The position numbers and the translations under genes are program-made. The notes under the pieces are model-generated. The model was not told the origin of the DNA. It made no database searches and saw nothing but the letters and a program-made list of their open reading frames with translations. Shown here piece after piece: positions 48,899 to 57,995 of a stretch of DNA of 64,000 nucleotides. The stretch lies in the sequence record DRR378314_107; one strand, given 5' to 3'. Numbering within the stretch: position 1 is the first letter of the stretch; each line of letters opens with the position of its first letter.

Positions 48899-50464
48899 TC
48901 AGGCGACGCCGGCCTCGGCGGGCCCGGCCGCGCCCCGGCGGACGCCGCCCACCCAGAGTGGATGCGGCCCGGCCTGGCGCAGGCGGCGCACTCGCAGGCG
49001 GTCGACCAGGAACAGGCTGGCGGCGATCACCAGCAGCGAGCCGTTAACCAGCAGGCGGTCCGGATCCAGCCAGGAAGCGAACCCTTCGATGGCGCCCTGC
49101 AGCACCGGCACCAGCACATAGAGCACGGCACACAGGGGCAGCCAGACCCGCGCCGTGGTCAGTGGCGGGAAACGGAACGCGCTCAGCACCGCCACCAGCA
49201 AGGTGGCGACGAAGGCGGCTTTTTCCGCCACCGCGGTGGTGCCGGGCCAGGGCGAATACATCGCCAGCTTATTGGCCATGAAGGACGCGGCGATACCGGC
49301 CATCACGCCGAAGGTCACCCCCAGGGTGAGGCGCAACATGATGGCGGCCGCCCGGCTCGGGCCCTGGCGGTCGGTGCGCCGCTCGCTCCACATGATGTTG
49401 CCGGAGACGAACAGCAGGCAGCCCAGCAGCCCCAGCACGAAATACAGCAGGCGCACGAACAGGCCGCCATAATCCCCGAAGTGCAGCGAATAGACCGGCG
49501 ACAGCAGGAAATGATTGAACGGCCGCGCGCCGGGCGCGGACACCGTCAGCAGCTCGGCGTTATCGGCGCGCATCACCACATGGGCGTGGTGGGCCACATT
49601 GCCCGGCACCGAGCCGCCCACGTCGACCACGCCGTTTTCATCGCCGTACTGCTGCAACTCGATCCAGCCCACTTCCATGTCCGGGAGCTGCTCGCGGGCG
49701 GTGGCCAGATACTGGTCCACCGGCGCCATGGCGGCGGCGTTACCGCTCGCTTCCGGGGTCGGCCAGGCCTCCATGGCCTCGGTGGCGGCACCCTGGAACT
49801 GGGGCCCGAACACCAGGGCGCCCAGTGTCAGCGTGAGCAAGGCGAAACAGCCCATGGCGGCGCCGGTGACCGCGAAGATCAGATGGAACGGGAAGCTGAT
49901 CACCCCCACCAGGTTATGCAGGTTTTTCCAATAGCGGCGCAGATTGCCCTGGTGCTTGAGCGCGAAGAATTCCTTTTTCATTTTCGGCCAGTGGATCACC
50001 AGGCCACCGATCAGCGCGGCGCCGTACAGCACCGAAATCACGCCCATCAGGTACAGCCCCACCGTCGGGATGCCGAGCTGGAAATGCAGCTCGTTGATGA
50101 ACCCGGCCAGCTCCGAATGCGGGCGCTCGACGGCCTCCCCGGCATCGTTGAAGTCGCTGGCGTGCTCGGTGTGCCAGACCGCCTCGCCGTCCACTCTTTC
50201 CTGCCAGATGGCGGCGGGCTCGTCGCCGGGGATCAGGAACAGCCAGTTGCCGGCCTCCGGGTTTCTGGCGATCACCGTGTCCAGCAGGGCCTGCATGTTG
50301 GCATCGCCGGTTTCGGCGGTCTCCCAGGGCTCCTGCCAGTGATGCAGCTCATGGTGGAACATGTTGACCGCGCCGGCGAAGAACGCCACGAACAAGGCCA
50401 ACCCGGAAACAATACCCACCCAGGCATGCAGATCGATCTGCCGTTTCATGGTGTCGACGCGCAT
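48899..50464 (-). CDS. PepSY-associated TM helix protein (iron-regulated membrane protein)
   Basis: LHAWVG, ELHFQL, NLHNLVG, SLHFGDYGG heme-ligand-type His motifs. Confidence 0.85.
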   Translation of the reverse strand: MRVDTMKRQIDLHAWVGIVSGLALFVAFFAGAVNMFHHELHHWQEPWETAETGDANMQALLDTVIARNPEAGNWLFLIPGDEPAAIWQERVDGEAVWHTEHASDFNDAGEAVERPHSELAGFINELHFQLGIPTVGLYLMGVISVLYGAALIGGLVIHWPKMKKEFFALKHQGNLRRYWKNLHNLVGVISFPFHLIFAVTGAAMGCFALLTLTLGALVFGPQFQGAATEAMEAWPTPEASGNAAAMAPVDQYLATAREQLPDMEVGWIELQQYGDENGVVDVGGSVPGNVAHHAHVVMRADNAELLTVSAPGARPFNHFLLSPVYSLHFGDYGGLFVRLLYFVLGLLGCLLFVSGNIMWSERRTDRQGPSRAAAIMLRLTLGVTFGVMAGIAASFMANKLAMYSPWPGTTAVAEKAAFVATLLVAVLSAFRFPPLTTARVWLPLCAVLYVLVPVLQGAIEGFASWLDPDRLLVNGSLLVIAASLFLVDRLRVRRLRQAGPHPLWVGGVRRGAAGPAEAGVA

Positions 50465-50718
50465 CAGGCACCCCCGTAAAGCGTGGTGGTTTGCAGCAAC
50501 AGCCAGGCCAGGCCGTTGGCCGCCAGCAGTACCACGCCGGCACGCCAATGGCTGGACGCAACCCCGGCGAGCACGATCAAAGCGGCCCAGAACACCAGGC
50601 ACAGCAACATCATCAGTACCAGCCAGTCGTGCCAGTCCACCGGCATCGCCGCCGCCAGCAGGCCGCACAACATGGCCGCCAGCGGCAAGCCCAGCACCCC
50701 CCCCAGAAGCGCCCTCAT
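50464..50718 (-). CDS. Small membrane protein of the PepSY operon
   Basis: 84 aa with 3 hydrophobic segments; stop overlaps the PepSY ATG. Confidence 0.7.
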   Translation of the reverse strand: MRALLGGVLGLPLAAMLCGLLAAAMPVDWHDWLVLMMLLCLVFWAALIVLAGVASSHWRAGVVLLAANGLAWLLLQTTTLYGGA

Positions 50719-50999
50719 GCCCTCTCTCCGGAGGCGCCGGGGCGCCGGTAGCTGTCGACCAGATGGCCCACCAGCATGGGCAGCGAGATGGCGCCCAGGG
50801 CGAACACCCAGCAGGCGGTGAACAACCCCACGCCCGGCCCCAAACGCCAGCCCCAGCCGGCGAAACCACCGACCACCAGAATCACGCCGGCAAGGCGGGC
50901 GGCGGCCGGCAACGGCTGGGCCAGGGCCCGCTGCTGGCGGTCGGAGAGATACAGTAACGCGGTGCCGGTCAACAGCACCGCGGCGAGAAGGAACAGCAT
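50715..50999 (-). CDS. Small membrane protein of the PepSY operon
   Basis: MLFLLAAV...YLSDRQQRALAQPL; 3 TM helices; ATGA overlap with the next gene. Confidence 0.7.
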   Translation of the reverse strand: MLFLLAAVLLTGTALLYLSDRQQRALAQPLPAAARLAGVILVVGGFAGWGWRLGPGVGLFTACWVFALGAISLPMLVGHLVDSYRRPGASGERA

Positions 51000-51019
51000 A
51001 GTGAACTCAAAGTGATCCT

Positions 51020-51038
51020 GATAACGATTCGCATTTAT
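51020..51038. promoter_or_regulatory. Fur box
   Basis: GATAACGATTCGCATTTAT matches 12/19 of GATAATGATAATCATTATC, just upstream of the PepSY operon. Confidence 0.7.
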
Positions 51039-51088
51039 ACTCTTGAGACGGCAAGGGGTCAATGCGCCGGCGTCTTATCGCAGGGGGG

Positions 51089-51658
51089 TCACAAAGAGTT
51101 CATCGCGTCCTGGGCGGCGGTGATGCGCTCCGCGCTGAGCGTGCGCCAGTCCAGGTGGTCCCGGTCGGGCACCCAGACATCGGTGAAGCGGGCGGCGTCG
51201 GCCACCGCCATTTCCGCGCTCAACAGCGGCACCTCGTGGAGATGCCCGTGCAGTCCCCCGGCCCGGGAGACCACATCCAGCCAGCCGGCGGGCCGTTGGT
51301 GCAGGCGCACGCCGGGCAGCGGACAGCGGTCCACCGGCTCGCTGACCGCGCAGTCCAGCACCGCGTCCCGCTCGTGGCTGATGCCCTGGCGCCAGAGCGC
51401 GGAGCCGCCCACCACCACCAGGGAGGGGAAGGCGCGCCGCAGCGCCAGGCACAGATCCGCCTCGGCGGGTGTCTCACCGCTGCCCAGCCGGATGAACACC
51501 GGCCGTGGCGGCGCCACCTGACGCACCTGGCCACTTTCCAGCCAGCGCAGGGCCAGCGCCATGGCGGCCTGTTCGTCGCCGGGCAGCTGCTGCTTCAGGT
51601 CGGCCAGGGTGAACACCACCGGCAGGCGGGTATCGAGGTCGCGGGACAACGCGCTCAT
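51089..51658 (-). CDS. AbiEi-like (type IV antitoxin-like) winged-helix protein
   Basis: VFTLADL..ALRWLESGQVRQV wHTH; VGGSALWRQGI; SAEMAVAD resembling the AbiEi C-terminal PE.A..D. Confidence 0.5.
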   Translation of the reverse strand: MSALSRDLDTRLPVVFTLADLKQQLPGDEQAAMALALRWLESGQVRQVAPPRPVFIRLGSGETPAEADLCLALRRAFPSLVVVGGSALWRQGISHERDAVLDCAVSEPVDRCPLPGVRLHQRPAGWLDVVSRAGGLHGHLHEVPLLSAEMAVADAARFTDVWVPDRDHLDWRTLSAERITAAQDAMNSL

Positions 51659-52263
51659 GAATCCACCACGCAGGGCTCGCCGCGGTCCAGACCCAGCCAG
51701 CCGCGCACGCGCAGCACCCGGGCCAGCGCCCAACAGATCACCGCCACCCGGCCGGCGTTTTCGGCCAGGCAGCGGCGGTGTTCGGCGAGCTTGCGCACGG
51801 CGTCTTCCAGCCGCTGCTGGCAGACCGCGCGGCGCGGGTCCGGCCGGCTTTGCTGGGCCAGCTGCAGGGTCAGCAAGCGGCCCTGGAAGTCCTCCATGTG
51901 CGCCACATAGGCCCGGTCCACCACGCTGAAGCTGCTCAGGCGCTGAATGCCGGCGCGGCGGTGGCGCCGCCGGCCGGCCTGCTCGCGCCGATCACGGCCG
52001 AACACGCCACTGAGCCGGTAGAGCGCGCGCCACCACCAGGGCCGGCGATCGGCCACCGACAAGTACCAGGCCCAGGCCTGCAGGCGGACGATATCGTGGC
52101 GCAGCTCGCGGACCCGCTGATGGCGGCGGCCACGGGCCCGGGGGCCGGCCCCGGAACGGTATACGGAGTAGTACTCGGAAAGGGCCCGGGCGCGGCCGTG
52201 AAGCGCCTCGATGGCGAGCCGCAACGGCGATTCGGACGCCGCCTTTTGTCCCTCGGAAGCCAT
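51655..52263 (-). CDS. Hypothetical Arg-rich helical protein (202 aa)
   Basis: AGGAG RBS before ATG 52263; ATGA overlap with the downstream gene. Confidence 0.6.
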   Translation of the reverse strand: MASEGQKAASESPLRLAIEALHGRARALSEYYSVYRSGAGPRARGRRHQRVRELRHDIVRLQAWAWYLSVADRRPWWWRALYRLSGVFGRDRREQAGRRRHRRAGIQRLSSFSVVDRAYVAHMEDFQGRLLTLQLAQQSRPDPRRAVCQQRLEDAVRKLAEHRRCLAENAGRVAVICWALARVLRVRGWLGLDRGEPCVVDS

Positions 52264-52455
52264 CGGATCACTCCTGGTTAACGGGCCGGGCGGCCCGCAA
52301 TATTCGCCCCTGATCACGGGTGGCAAAGGGCCACCCAATACGCATTCACTCTAGCCAGCCGGGGGGGAGCACCAAAGACACAATGCGTCCCGTTTGGGTG
52401 AACGGATGTAGCCGAATGTATCTTTTCGGCCCGGGCGTCGCCGGCGTCCGGGCAT

Positions 52456-52488
52456 AAAAAAACCGCCGGGGTGACCGGCGGTTTTTTT
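52456..52488. terminator. Intrinsic terminator with A7/T7 tails (potentially bidirectional)
   Basis: A7-CCGCCGG-ggtga-CCGGCGG-T7. Confidence 0.85.
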
Positions 52489-52506
52489 GTCGCTGACGAA
52501 GCTGTA

Positions 52507-52746
52507 TTAGCTGTCGTCACCGTCCATGGCTTCGCCCATTTCGCTACCGGCTTCCTTGGTTTCATCCCAAGCTTCGCCCATCTCTTCACCGGCCTCTTCC
52601 ATGGGGCCCTGATCTTCGGTGACGTCCTCAACGGCCTCGTCGACGTTTTCGCCAGCTTTTTCCATCGGGCCTTGCTGATCGCAACCGGCCAGACCCAGCA
52701 GGCCACCAAACACTACTACTAACAGTCCTTTACTGAACGTACGCAT
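52507..52746 (-). CDS. Small acidic lipoprotein (79 aa)
   Basis: GAGGAG RBS; lipobox LAGC; repeated QGPME(K/E)AGE. Confidence 0.82.
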   Translation of the reverse strand: MRTFSKGLLVVVFGGLLGLAGCDQQGPMEKAGENVDEAVEDVTEDQGPMEEAGEEMGEAWDETKEAGSEMGEAMDGDDS

Positions 52747-52932
52747 AGTCACTCCTCGACGTGTCGTGATCGTTGAGGAGCAATCTATCGTTCCGCTTCG
52801 CCAGTGAACAGGGGCCACCCCTTTGATTTTCCTCTATTTTACGTTCCGACAAACCGGCGCTGCGCGGCTCCGGGCGGCGTTGGGACGCCGCACCAACCCT
52901 GCTATGATCGATAAGCGCATGAGGAGCCGGGG

Positions 52933-54030
52933 ATGAAAAGACTGAGCCAACAACTGGGCGGGCTCGCCCAGCTACTAACAACAATGGGCGGAGAAGTCAC
53001 ACAGGTGGTGCAGGATATGCACGGCACCATCGCCAACCCGTTCAAGATCCGGGGCGAAGGCTATACCGCCGCGCCCATCGTCTACGACCTGATCCGTTAC
53101 GGGTTTCGCCAGGCCGGCAATCTCGCCGGGTTCGCCAATCTGGCCGCCGATCCGGACCAGGAGCTGCGCGACAACCTGGACCTGCGCAGCGTGGTCAACG
53201 GCGTGTTCGGGCAATTGCTGCACACCCAGGACAGCGACTACGCGCTGCCGATGACCATGCTGCCCCAGGCGCCGTCCCTGGAACGGGACACCCTGATTCT
53301 GTTCGTGCACGGGCTATGCCTGAACGAAGGCTGCTGGAACAACCCGGCCGCCCGCGCCTTCAGCGACTGGGCCGGCCCGAAACTGGATGCCCAGACCCGC
53401 ACGCTGCGCTACAACACCGGCCTGCATATTTCCGAGAACGGCCGTGCACTGGCCGATCTGCTGGCCGGCATCGCGCTGCCCTCCCGCGTCATTCTGATCG
53501 GCCACAGCATGGGCGGCCTGGTGTCGCGCAGCGCCCTGCATCAGGGCCGCGAACGGGGCGACGCCTGGGTCGACCGCATCAGCCATCTGGCGTGCCTCGG
53601 GGCGCCCCACCAGGGGGCGGTGCTCGAGCGGGTCGGCAACCAGGCCAACCGGCTGCTGGGCGTCACCCCCTACTCCCGGCCCCTGATGCGGTTGGGCAAT
53701 CTGCGCTCCGACGGCATCCGCGACCTGCGCTTCGGCTACGTGCTGGAAAAGCAATGGCGGGACCGGCCACTGGATGAAGCCCGGCCCAGCGGCAAGGTGC
53801 CGCTGGACCCGCACGTGAAACAACTGTTCCTGGCCGGCTCGCTCAGTGACGAGGGCGCCGACAACCCGCTGGGCGACTGGCTGGTGCGGGTGGACAGCGC
53901 CCTGGCCGAACGGCTCTACCCCGACGCCGACAACCTCACCCGGCGGCTGTTCCATCGCATGGGCCATATGGCGATGCTGGAAGACCCGCGCACCTACGAC
54001 AGCCTGCGGGAGTGGCTGACCGCCCCATGA
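52933..54030 (+). CDS. Alpha/beta hydrolase (PGAP1-like lipase/esterase)
   Basis: FVHGLC, YNTGLHI, GHSMGG, LGAPHQG, GDWLV, GH. Confidence 0.85.
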   Translation: MKRLSQQLGGLAQLLTTMGGEVTQVVQDMHGTIANPFKIRGEGYTAAPIVYDLIRYGFRQAGNLAGFANLAADPDQELRDNLDLRSVVNGVFGQLLHTQDSDYALPMTMLPQAPSLERDTLILFVHGLCLNEGCWNNPAARAFSDWAGPKLDAQTRTLRYNTGLHISENGRALADLLAGIALPSRVILIGHSMGGLVSRSALHQGRERGDAWVDRISHLACLGAPHQGAVLERVGNQANRLLGVTPYSRPLMRLGNLRSDGIRDLRFGYVLEKQWRDRPLDEARPSGKVPLDPHVKQLFLAGSLSDEGADNPLGDWLVRVDSALAERLYPDADNLTRRLFHRMGHMAMLEDPRTYDSLREWLTAP

Positions 54031-54662
54031 GCGACTGCCGCCTGTGCGGGCAACCCAACGCCGAGCTCTTCGCCTCCGTGGAAGGGCGCCGCTATCTGCG
54101 TTGCCCGCGCTGCCACCTGACGTTTCTCGGCGTTACCCAGTTACCCGACCGCGCCGACGAAAAAGCCCAGTACGACCTGCACCGCAATGAACCGGACGAC
54201 CCCGGCTACCGGCGTTTCCTGGATCAGCTGGGGGCGCCGCTGTGCGAGCGCCTGGGCGCCGGCGACCGGGGGCTGGATTTCGGCTGCGGCCCGGGCCCGG
54301 CCCTGGCCCGCATGTTGGAGGAACGCGGCCACCCGATGCGGATCTACGATCCGATTTACGCCCCGGACCCGGCGGTGCTCGATCAGCAGTACGATTTCGT
54401 CACCTGCACCGAGGTACTGGAGCACCTGCACTGGCCGGAGCGGGAGTGGCGACGATTCGCGGCGCTGGTGAAACCGGGGGGCTGGCTGGGGGTGATGACC
54501 CGCTTCCTGACCGACGACGGGCATTTTCCGCGCTGGCATTACCGGCGCGACCCCACCCATGTGTGTTTCTGGCAGCCGGCCACCTTCCAATGGCTGGCGC
54601 GGGAGCAGGGCTGGGAACTGGTGATGGCGAACAATCCGGTGGCGCTCTTACGCCGGCGGTAA
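54027..54662 (+). CDS. Class I SAM methyltransferase with N-terminal Zn ribbon
   Basis: CRLC..CPRC, LDFGCGPG, EVLEHL, WHYRRDPTHV. Confidence 0.88.
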   Translation: MSDCRLCGQPNAELFASVEGRRYLRCPRCHLTFLGVTQLPDRADEKAQYDLHRNEPDDPGYRRFLDQLGAPLCERLGAGDRGLDFGCGPGPALARMLEERGHPMRIYDPIYAPDPAVLDQQYDFVTCTEVLEHLHWPEREWRRFAALVKPGGWLGVMTRFLTDDGHFPRWHYRRDPTHVCFWQPATFQWLAREQGWELVMANNPVALLRRR

Positions 54663-54699
54663 CGCCGGCCTCGACGTCATACCGGCACGGGCGGAGGGC

Positions 54700-54801
54700 T
54701 TACCCGGCCACCGCCATGGCGATCAACGCCGCCAGCAGCGCCAGCGGCACGATAATAAGCAGGCCGCGCAGCAGGCGACCCTTCAGGTAGGACCAATCCA
54801 T
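54700..54801 (-). CDS. 33-aa single-TM microprotein MDWSYLKGRLLRGLLIIVPLALLAALIAMAVAG
   Basis: ATG 54801 to TAA 54700; strong GGAGGGGG RBS; GC-ending codons; fills the intergenic gap. Confidence 0.65.
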   Translation of the reverse strand: MDWSYLKGRLLRGLLIIVPLALLAALIAMAVAG

Positions 54802-54881
54802 AGTTACCCCCTCCAGTGGGTTCGACTATAGACCGGCGTTGACGCTTCCTTCATGAGGCGAACGTACTAGACGTTCACATT

Positions 54882-55493
54882 TTACATTTCAGCTTCCGCC
54901 TGATCGGCGTCACGCATCCAGAATTGCATGGTCTTTTCGGTCTCCTCGCTGTCACCCAGATCCTTCCAGGGGAAACGGGCGGTGAGGGCCGGCTCGGGCC
55001 GGTAGCCGCGCCCCCGCCAGAACGGCTCAAGCGAGCGGTAATCGGCCGGGCGCCGCGGGTGGGCCGGGTCGCGCACCACCGCGCAGAAGGCGGTCAGCGG
55101 GTAGCCGAAGTCCTGGGCGTACAACTCGCGCAGATCGAAGAAGCGGTGGCCCACGCCCTCGCCCCGGTACTCGGGCAGCAACACCGACTCGCCGAAGTAA
55201 AACACCTGCTCGGGGGGCGGGCCGTGGCGTTCGAACGGTGCCACGAATTCCGGGTCGGCGTCGGTCAGCGGCAGGCCGGTGGCGGCGCCGATCAGACGGT
55301 TGTACTCCATGGCCAACACCACCACGCTCTGCTTGGAGCGGGCGTAGCGGTCCAGGTAGTCCCGTTCGTACTCCACCGAACCGTCATAGAGGTAAGGGTA
55401 ATCGCGAAAAATGCGGATACGCAGATCCGCGAGCTCGTCCAGCCACGGCTCCACGGCAATGCCGCTCACCGGTCGAATTTCCACTGCGGACAT
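54882..55493 (-). CDS. GNAT-family N-acetyltransferase
   Basis: IFRDYPYLYDG, YFGESVLLPEYRGEGVG, FCAVVR. Confidence 0.85.
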   Translation of the reverse strand: MSAVEIRPVSGIAVEPWLDELADLRIRIFRDYPYLYDGSVEYERDYLDRYARSKQSVVVLAMEYNRLIGAATGLPLTDADPEFVAPFERHGPPPEQVFYFGESVLLPEYRGEGVGHRFFDLRELYAQDFGYPLTAFCAVVRDPAHPRRPADYRSLEPFWRGRGYRPEPALTARFPWKDLGDSEETEKTMQFWMRDADQAEAEM

Positions 55494-55521
55494 GGCGCCC
55501 TCCTTGTTGCTGCCTTAAATC

Positions 55522-56262
55522 CTAGAACACCAAGGCCAGTCCGGCCAGCAACAACACACTGAACAGCACCTGGCGGAAGCGATGCTCATCGACGCGATGA
55601 TGCAGGATCTCGCCCAGCACGATGCCCGCCAGCACCACCGGCGCCAGCGCGGCAAGCTGGGGCCACACCGGCTGCAGCGCCCCCTGGGCGGCATACCCCA
55701 GGGTCAGCAGACCGTTGAGCGTGAACCAGACCATGATCAGGGTGGCCCGGAAACGGCTTTTGTCCAGGTCCACGCCGCTCAGCGCGTACACCAGCAAGGG
55801 CCCGCCGGAGGCATACAGGCCATGGGTGACCCCGGCCAGCAGCATCCACACCCGCCCCCAGCCGGCGCCGTGGGGCCGGGCCGGCGCGGGCCCGCGGCGC
55901 AGGCGCCAGAGCTCGCGGACACTGAACACCGCGATCAGCACACCGAACAGGGTTTGCAGCAACGCCTGGCCCAGCCAGGGCCGCGCCAGATAACCGGCCA
56001 GGGTGCCCGCCGCCATCAACGGCAGAATGCCGCGCAACAACAGGCGCCAGTGCACCAGCCGCCGGTAGCGTATCGACAGGTAGCCGCTGAGCAGCAGGTT
56101 CAGCGGCACCAGCACCGGCATCAGCGTATCCATCGGCAATACCAGCGCGCCCAGGGACAGGGCGATGACGATGGAGCCGAAGCCGGTCATCGCCTCGGTG
56201 GTGTAGGCCAGCAGCACGAACAGCCCCAGCAACACCCACGGGGACAGCAACAGTTCCAGCAT
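55522..56262 (-). CDS. TSUP (TauE/SafE) family transporter
   Basis: AMTGFG and GLYASGGP motifs; about 8 TM helices. Confidence 0.82.
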   Translation of the reverse strand: MLELLLSPWVLLGLFVLLAYTTEAMTGFGSIVIALSLGALVLPMDTLMPVLVPLNLLLSGYLSIRYRRLVHWRLLLRGILPLMAAGTLAGYLARPWLGQALLQTLFGVLIAVFSVRELWRLRRGPAPARPHGAGWGRVWMLLAGVTHGLYASGGPLLVYALSGVDLDKSRFRATLIMVWFTLNGLLTLGYAAQGALQPVWPQLAALAPVVLAGIVLGEILHHRVDEHRFRQVLFSVLLLAGLALVF

Positions 56263-57063
56263 TCAGGATTCCAGTTCCACGGCGAAGCGGCGGCGCATCA
56301 AACGATGATAGGTATTCGGCGCCAGCCGCCACAACAGGCTGGCGAACACCGTGAAGCGGTCCGGGAACAGCCGCTTTTCGCCGCGCGCCAGCGCCTCCAG
56401 AATGCGCTCGGCCATCCAGTCGGCGCTGCGCACCTTGCCCACCGACGAGCGGGCGTGGGCGGCGGGTTTGCCGTCGAAGCCGAGGGCGTTGGTTTCGATC
56501 GGCGTGGCCAGAAAGCTGGGGTACACCATCAGCACGCGGATGCCCTGGTCCGCCACCTCGCCGCGCAGCACTTCGAAGAACTGGGTCAGCGCCGCCTTGG
56601 CGCTGCAGTAGCCGGCGCGGCCCAGCACCGGCATCCAGCCGGCCATGGAGCCGATATTGACCACGCAGCCGCCGCTCTCGCGCAGCAACGGCAGGCAGCC
56701 CAGGGTCAGCGCCACCGGCGCTTCCCAGTCCACCGCCATGACCTGGCGGAACACCTTCATTTCGGTGCGCGCCGCCGGCGAGCGGTGGGTGATGCCGGCG
56801 TTGTTGATCAGCACGTCCAGCCGGCCGCCGGCGGTGACCGCTTCGATCAAGCGCTCCAGGGCCGGCCCGTCGGTAAGATCCACGGCGAAGTGACGCACCC
56901 GGTGCCCGTCCTCGGCGGCCAGCTCGGCGTGCTTCTCCGCCAGGGCATCGGCGTCCCGGTCCACCAGAATCACACTGTGGCCGCGCGCGAACGCCGCCCT
57001 GGCCAGGGACCAGCCCAGGCCGGACGCGGCGCCGGTAATCAGCGTGGTGGTCGGGGCGGTCAT
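56263..57063 (-). CDS. Short-chain dehydrogenase/reductase
   Basis: TGAASGLG, NNAG, YCSAK. Confidence 0.9.
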   Translation of the reverse strand: MTAPTTTLITGAASGLGWSLARAAFARGHSVILVDRDADALAEKHAELAAEDGHRVRHFAVDLTDGPALERLIEAVTAGGRLDVLINNAGITHRSPAARTEMKVFRQVMAVDWEAPVALTLGCLPLLRESGGCVVNIGSMAGWMPVLGRAGYCSAKAALTQFFEVLRGEVADQGIRVLMVYPSFLATPIETNALGFDGKPAAHARSSVGKVRSADWMAERILEALARGEKRLFPDRFTVFASLLWRLAPNTYHRLMRRRFAVELES

Positions 57064-57995
57064 AGTTGCCTCCTGGCCCGCGCCGCGTCGACGAACAGGC
57101 GGAACACCTGCTCGGAGGTCTTTTCCGGCCGGTAACCGAACTCCTCTTTCAAGCGCCGGTTGCTGAGCACCGGCCGGTAGCGGAGAAAATTCAGCTTGTC
57201 CGGCGTGTGCGGCGTCAGCCCCAGCCGGTGTCCCAGCCCCAGGGCAGCGCGCAACAGGCCGGCCGGCAGCACCAGCACCGGCTTGTCGAGCATCGCCGCC
57301 ACCTGGCGCACGCCCAGGGCGCCGTCGCCGGCCAGGTTGTAGACGCCCTCGGCGCCGGTCTCCACGCCGCGCACGATGGCGCCCACCACGTCCCGGTCCC
57401 AGATGAACACGAACGGCGAGTCCGCGCCGGCGATGGCCAGTATCCGCTTGCGCTCGAACAGCGCGGTGATCTGGTTGCGGGTGCCCTCGCCGAGCACGGT
57501 GCCGGGGCGCAGAATCAACTGCCGCAGCGCCGGATGGCGTTGCCGGTAGTCCGCCAGCATCTCCTCCACCAGACGCTTGTGGTCGGAATAGGCGAATTCC
57601 GGATTGCCGCGCAGCGGGTCCTGCTCGTCCAGCCAGGCCGGGTTGTCCGGGTGGTAGCCGTAGGCGGCGCCGGAGCTGGTGACGATAAGCTGGCCGACCC
57701 CGGCGCTCAGACAGGCGTCGAGCACATTGCGGGTGCCGTTCACGTCGATGTCGTAATCCCGGGCCCGGTCGCCGGAGTCCTCCAGCACGGCGGCCAGGTG
57801 GACCACGGTATCGATGCGCTGCTCGCGCAGCAGCTCGCCCAGTGCGGGGTCGCGGATATCCCCTTCCCGGCAGTCAAACGGCAGCCCCGGCGGCACCCGC
57901 ACATCCAGCCCCAGCACGGTGTGGCCCTCGGCCAGCCGCTCGCCGAGCAGGCGCCCGATATAACCGCCGGCGCCGGTGATCAGTACCCGGCTCAT
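57060..57995 (-). CDS. Extended SDR (NAD-dependent epimerase/dehydratase)
   Basis: ITGAGGYIG, VHLAA, SSGAAYG, YSDHK. Confidence 0.88.
   Translation of the reverse strand: MSRVLITGAGGYIGRLLGERLAEGHTVLGLDVRVPPGLPFDCREGDIRDPALGELLREQRIDTVVHLAAVLEDSGDRARDYDIDVNGTRNVLDACLSAGVGQLIVTSSGAAYGYHPDNPAWLDEQDPLRGNPEFAYSDHKRLVEEMLADYRQRHPALRQLILRPGTVLGEGTRNQITALFERKRILAIAGADSPFVFIWDRDVVGAIVRGVETGAEGVYNLAGDGALGVRQVAAMLDKPVLVLPAGLLRAALGLGHRLGLTPHTPDKLNFLRYRPVLSNRRLKEEFGYRPEKTSEQVFRLFVDAARARRQL

Noticed and set aside
48899-50869. 656-aa PepSY ORF
   Set aside because: The upstream part overlaps two small coupled genes; the start at 50464 fits the operon structure.
52370-52420. c-di-GMP-I riboswitch (GGGACGCA on the minus strand)
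   Set aside because: Lacks the GCAAAC / GNRA loop / GCAAAG context.
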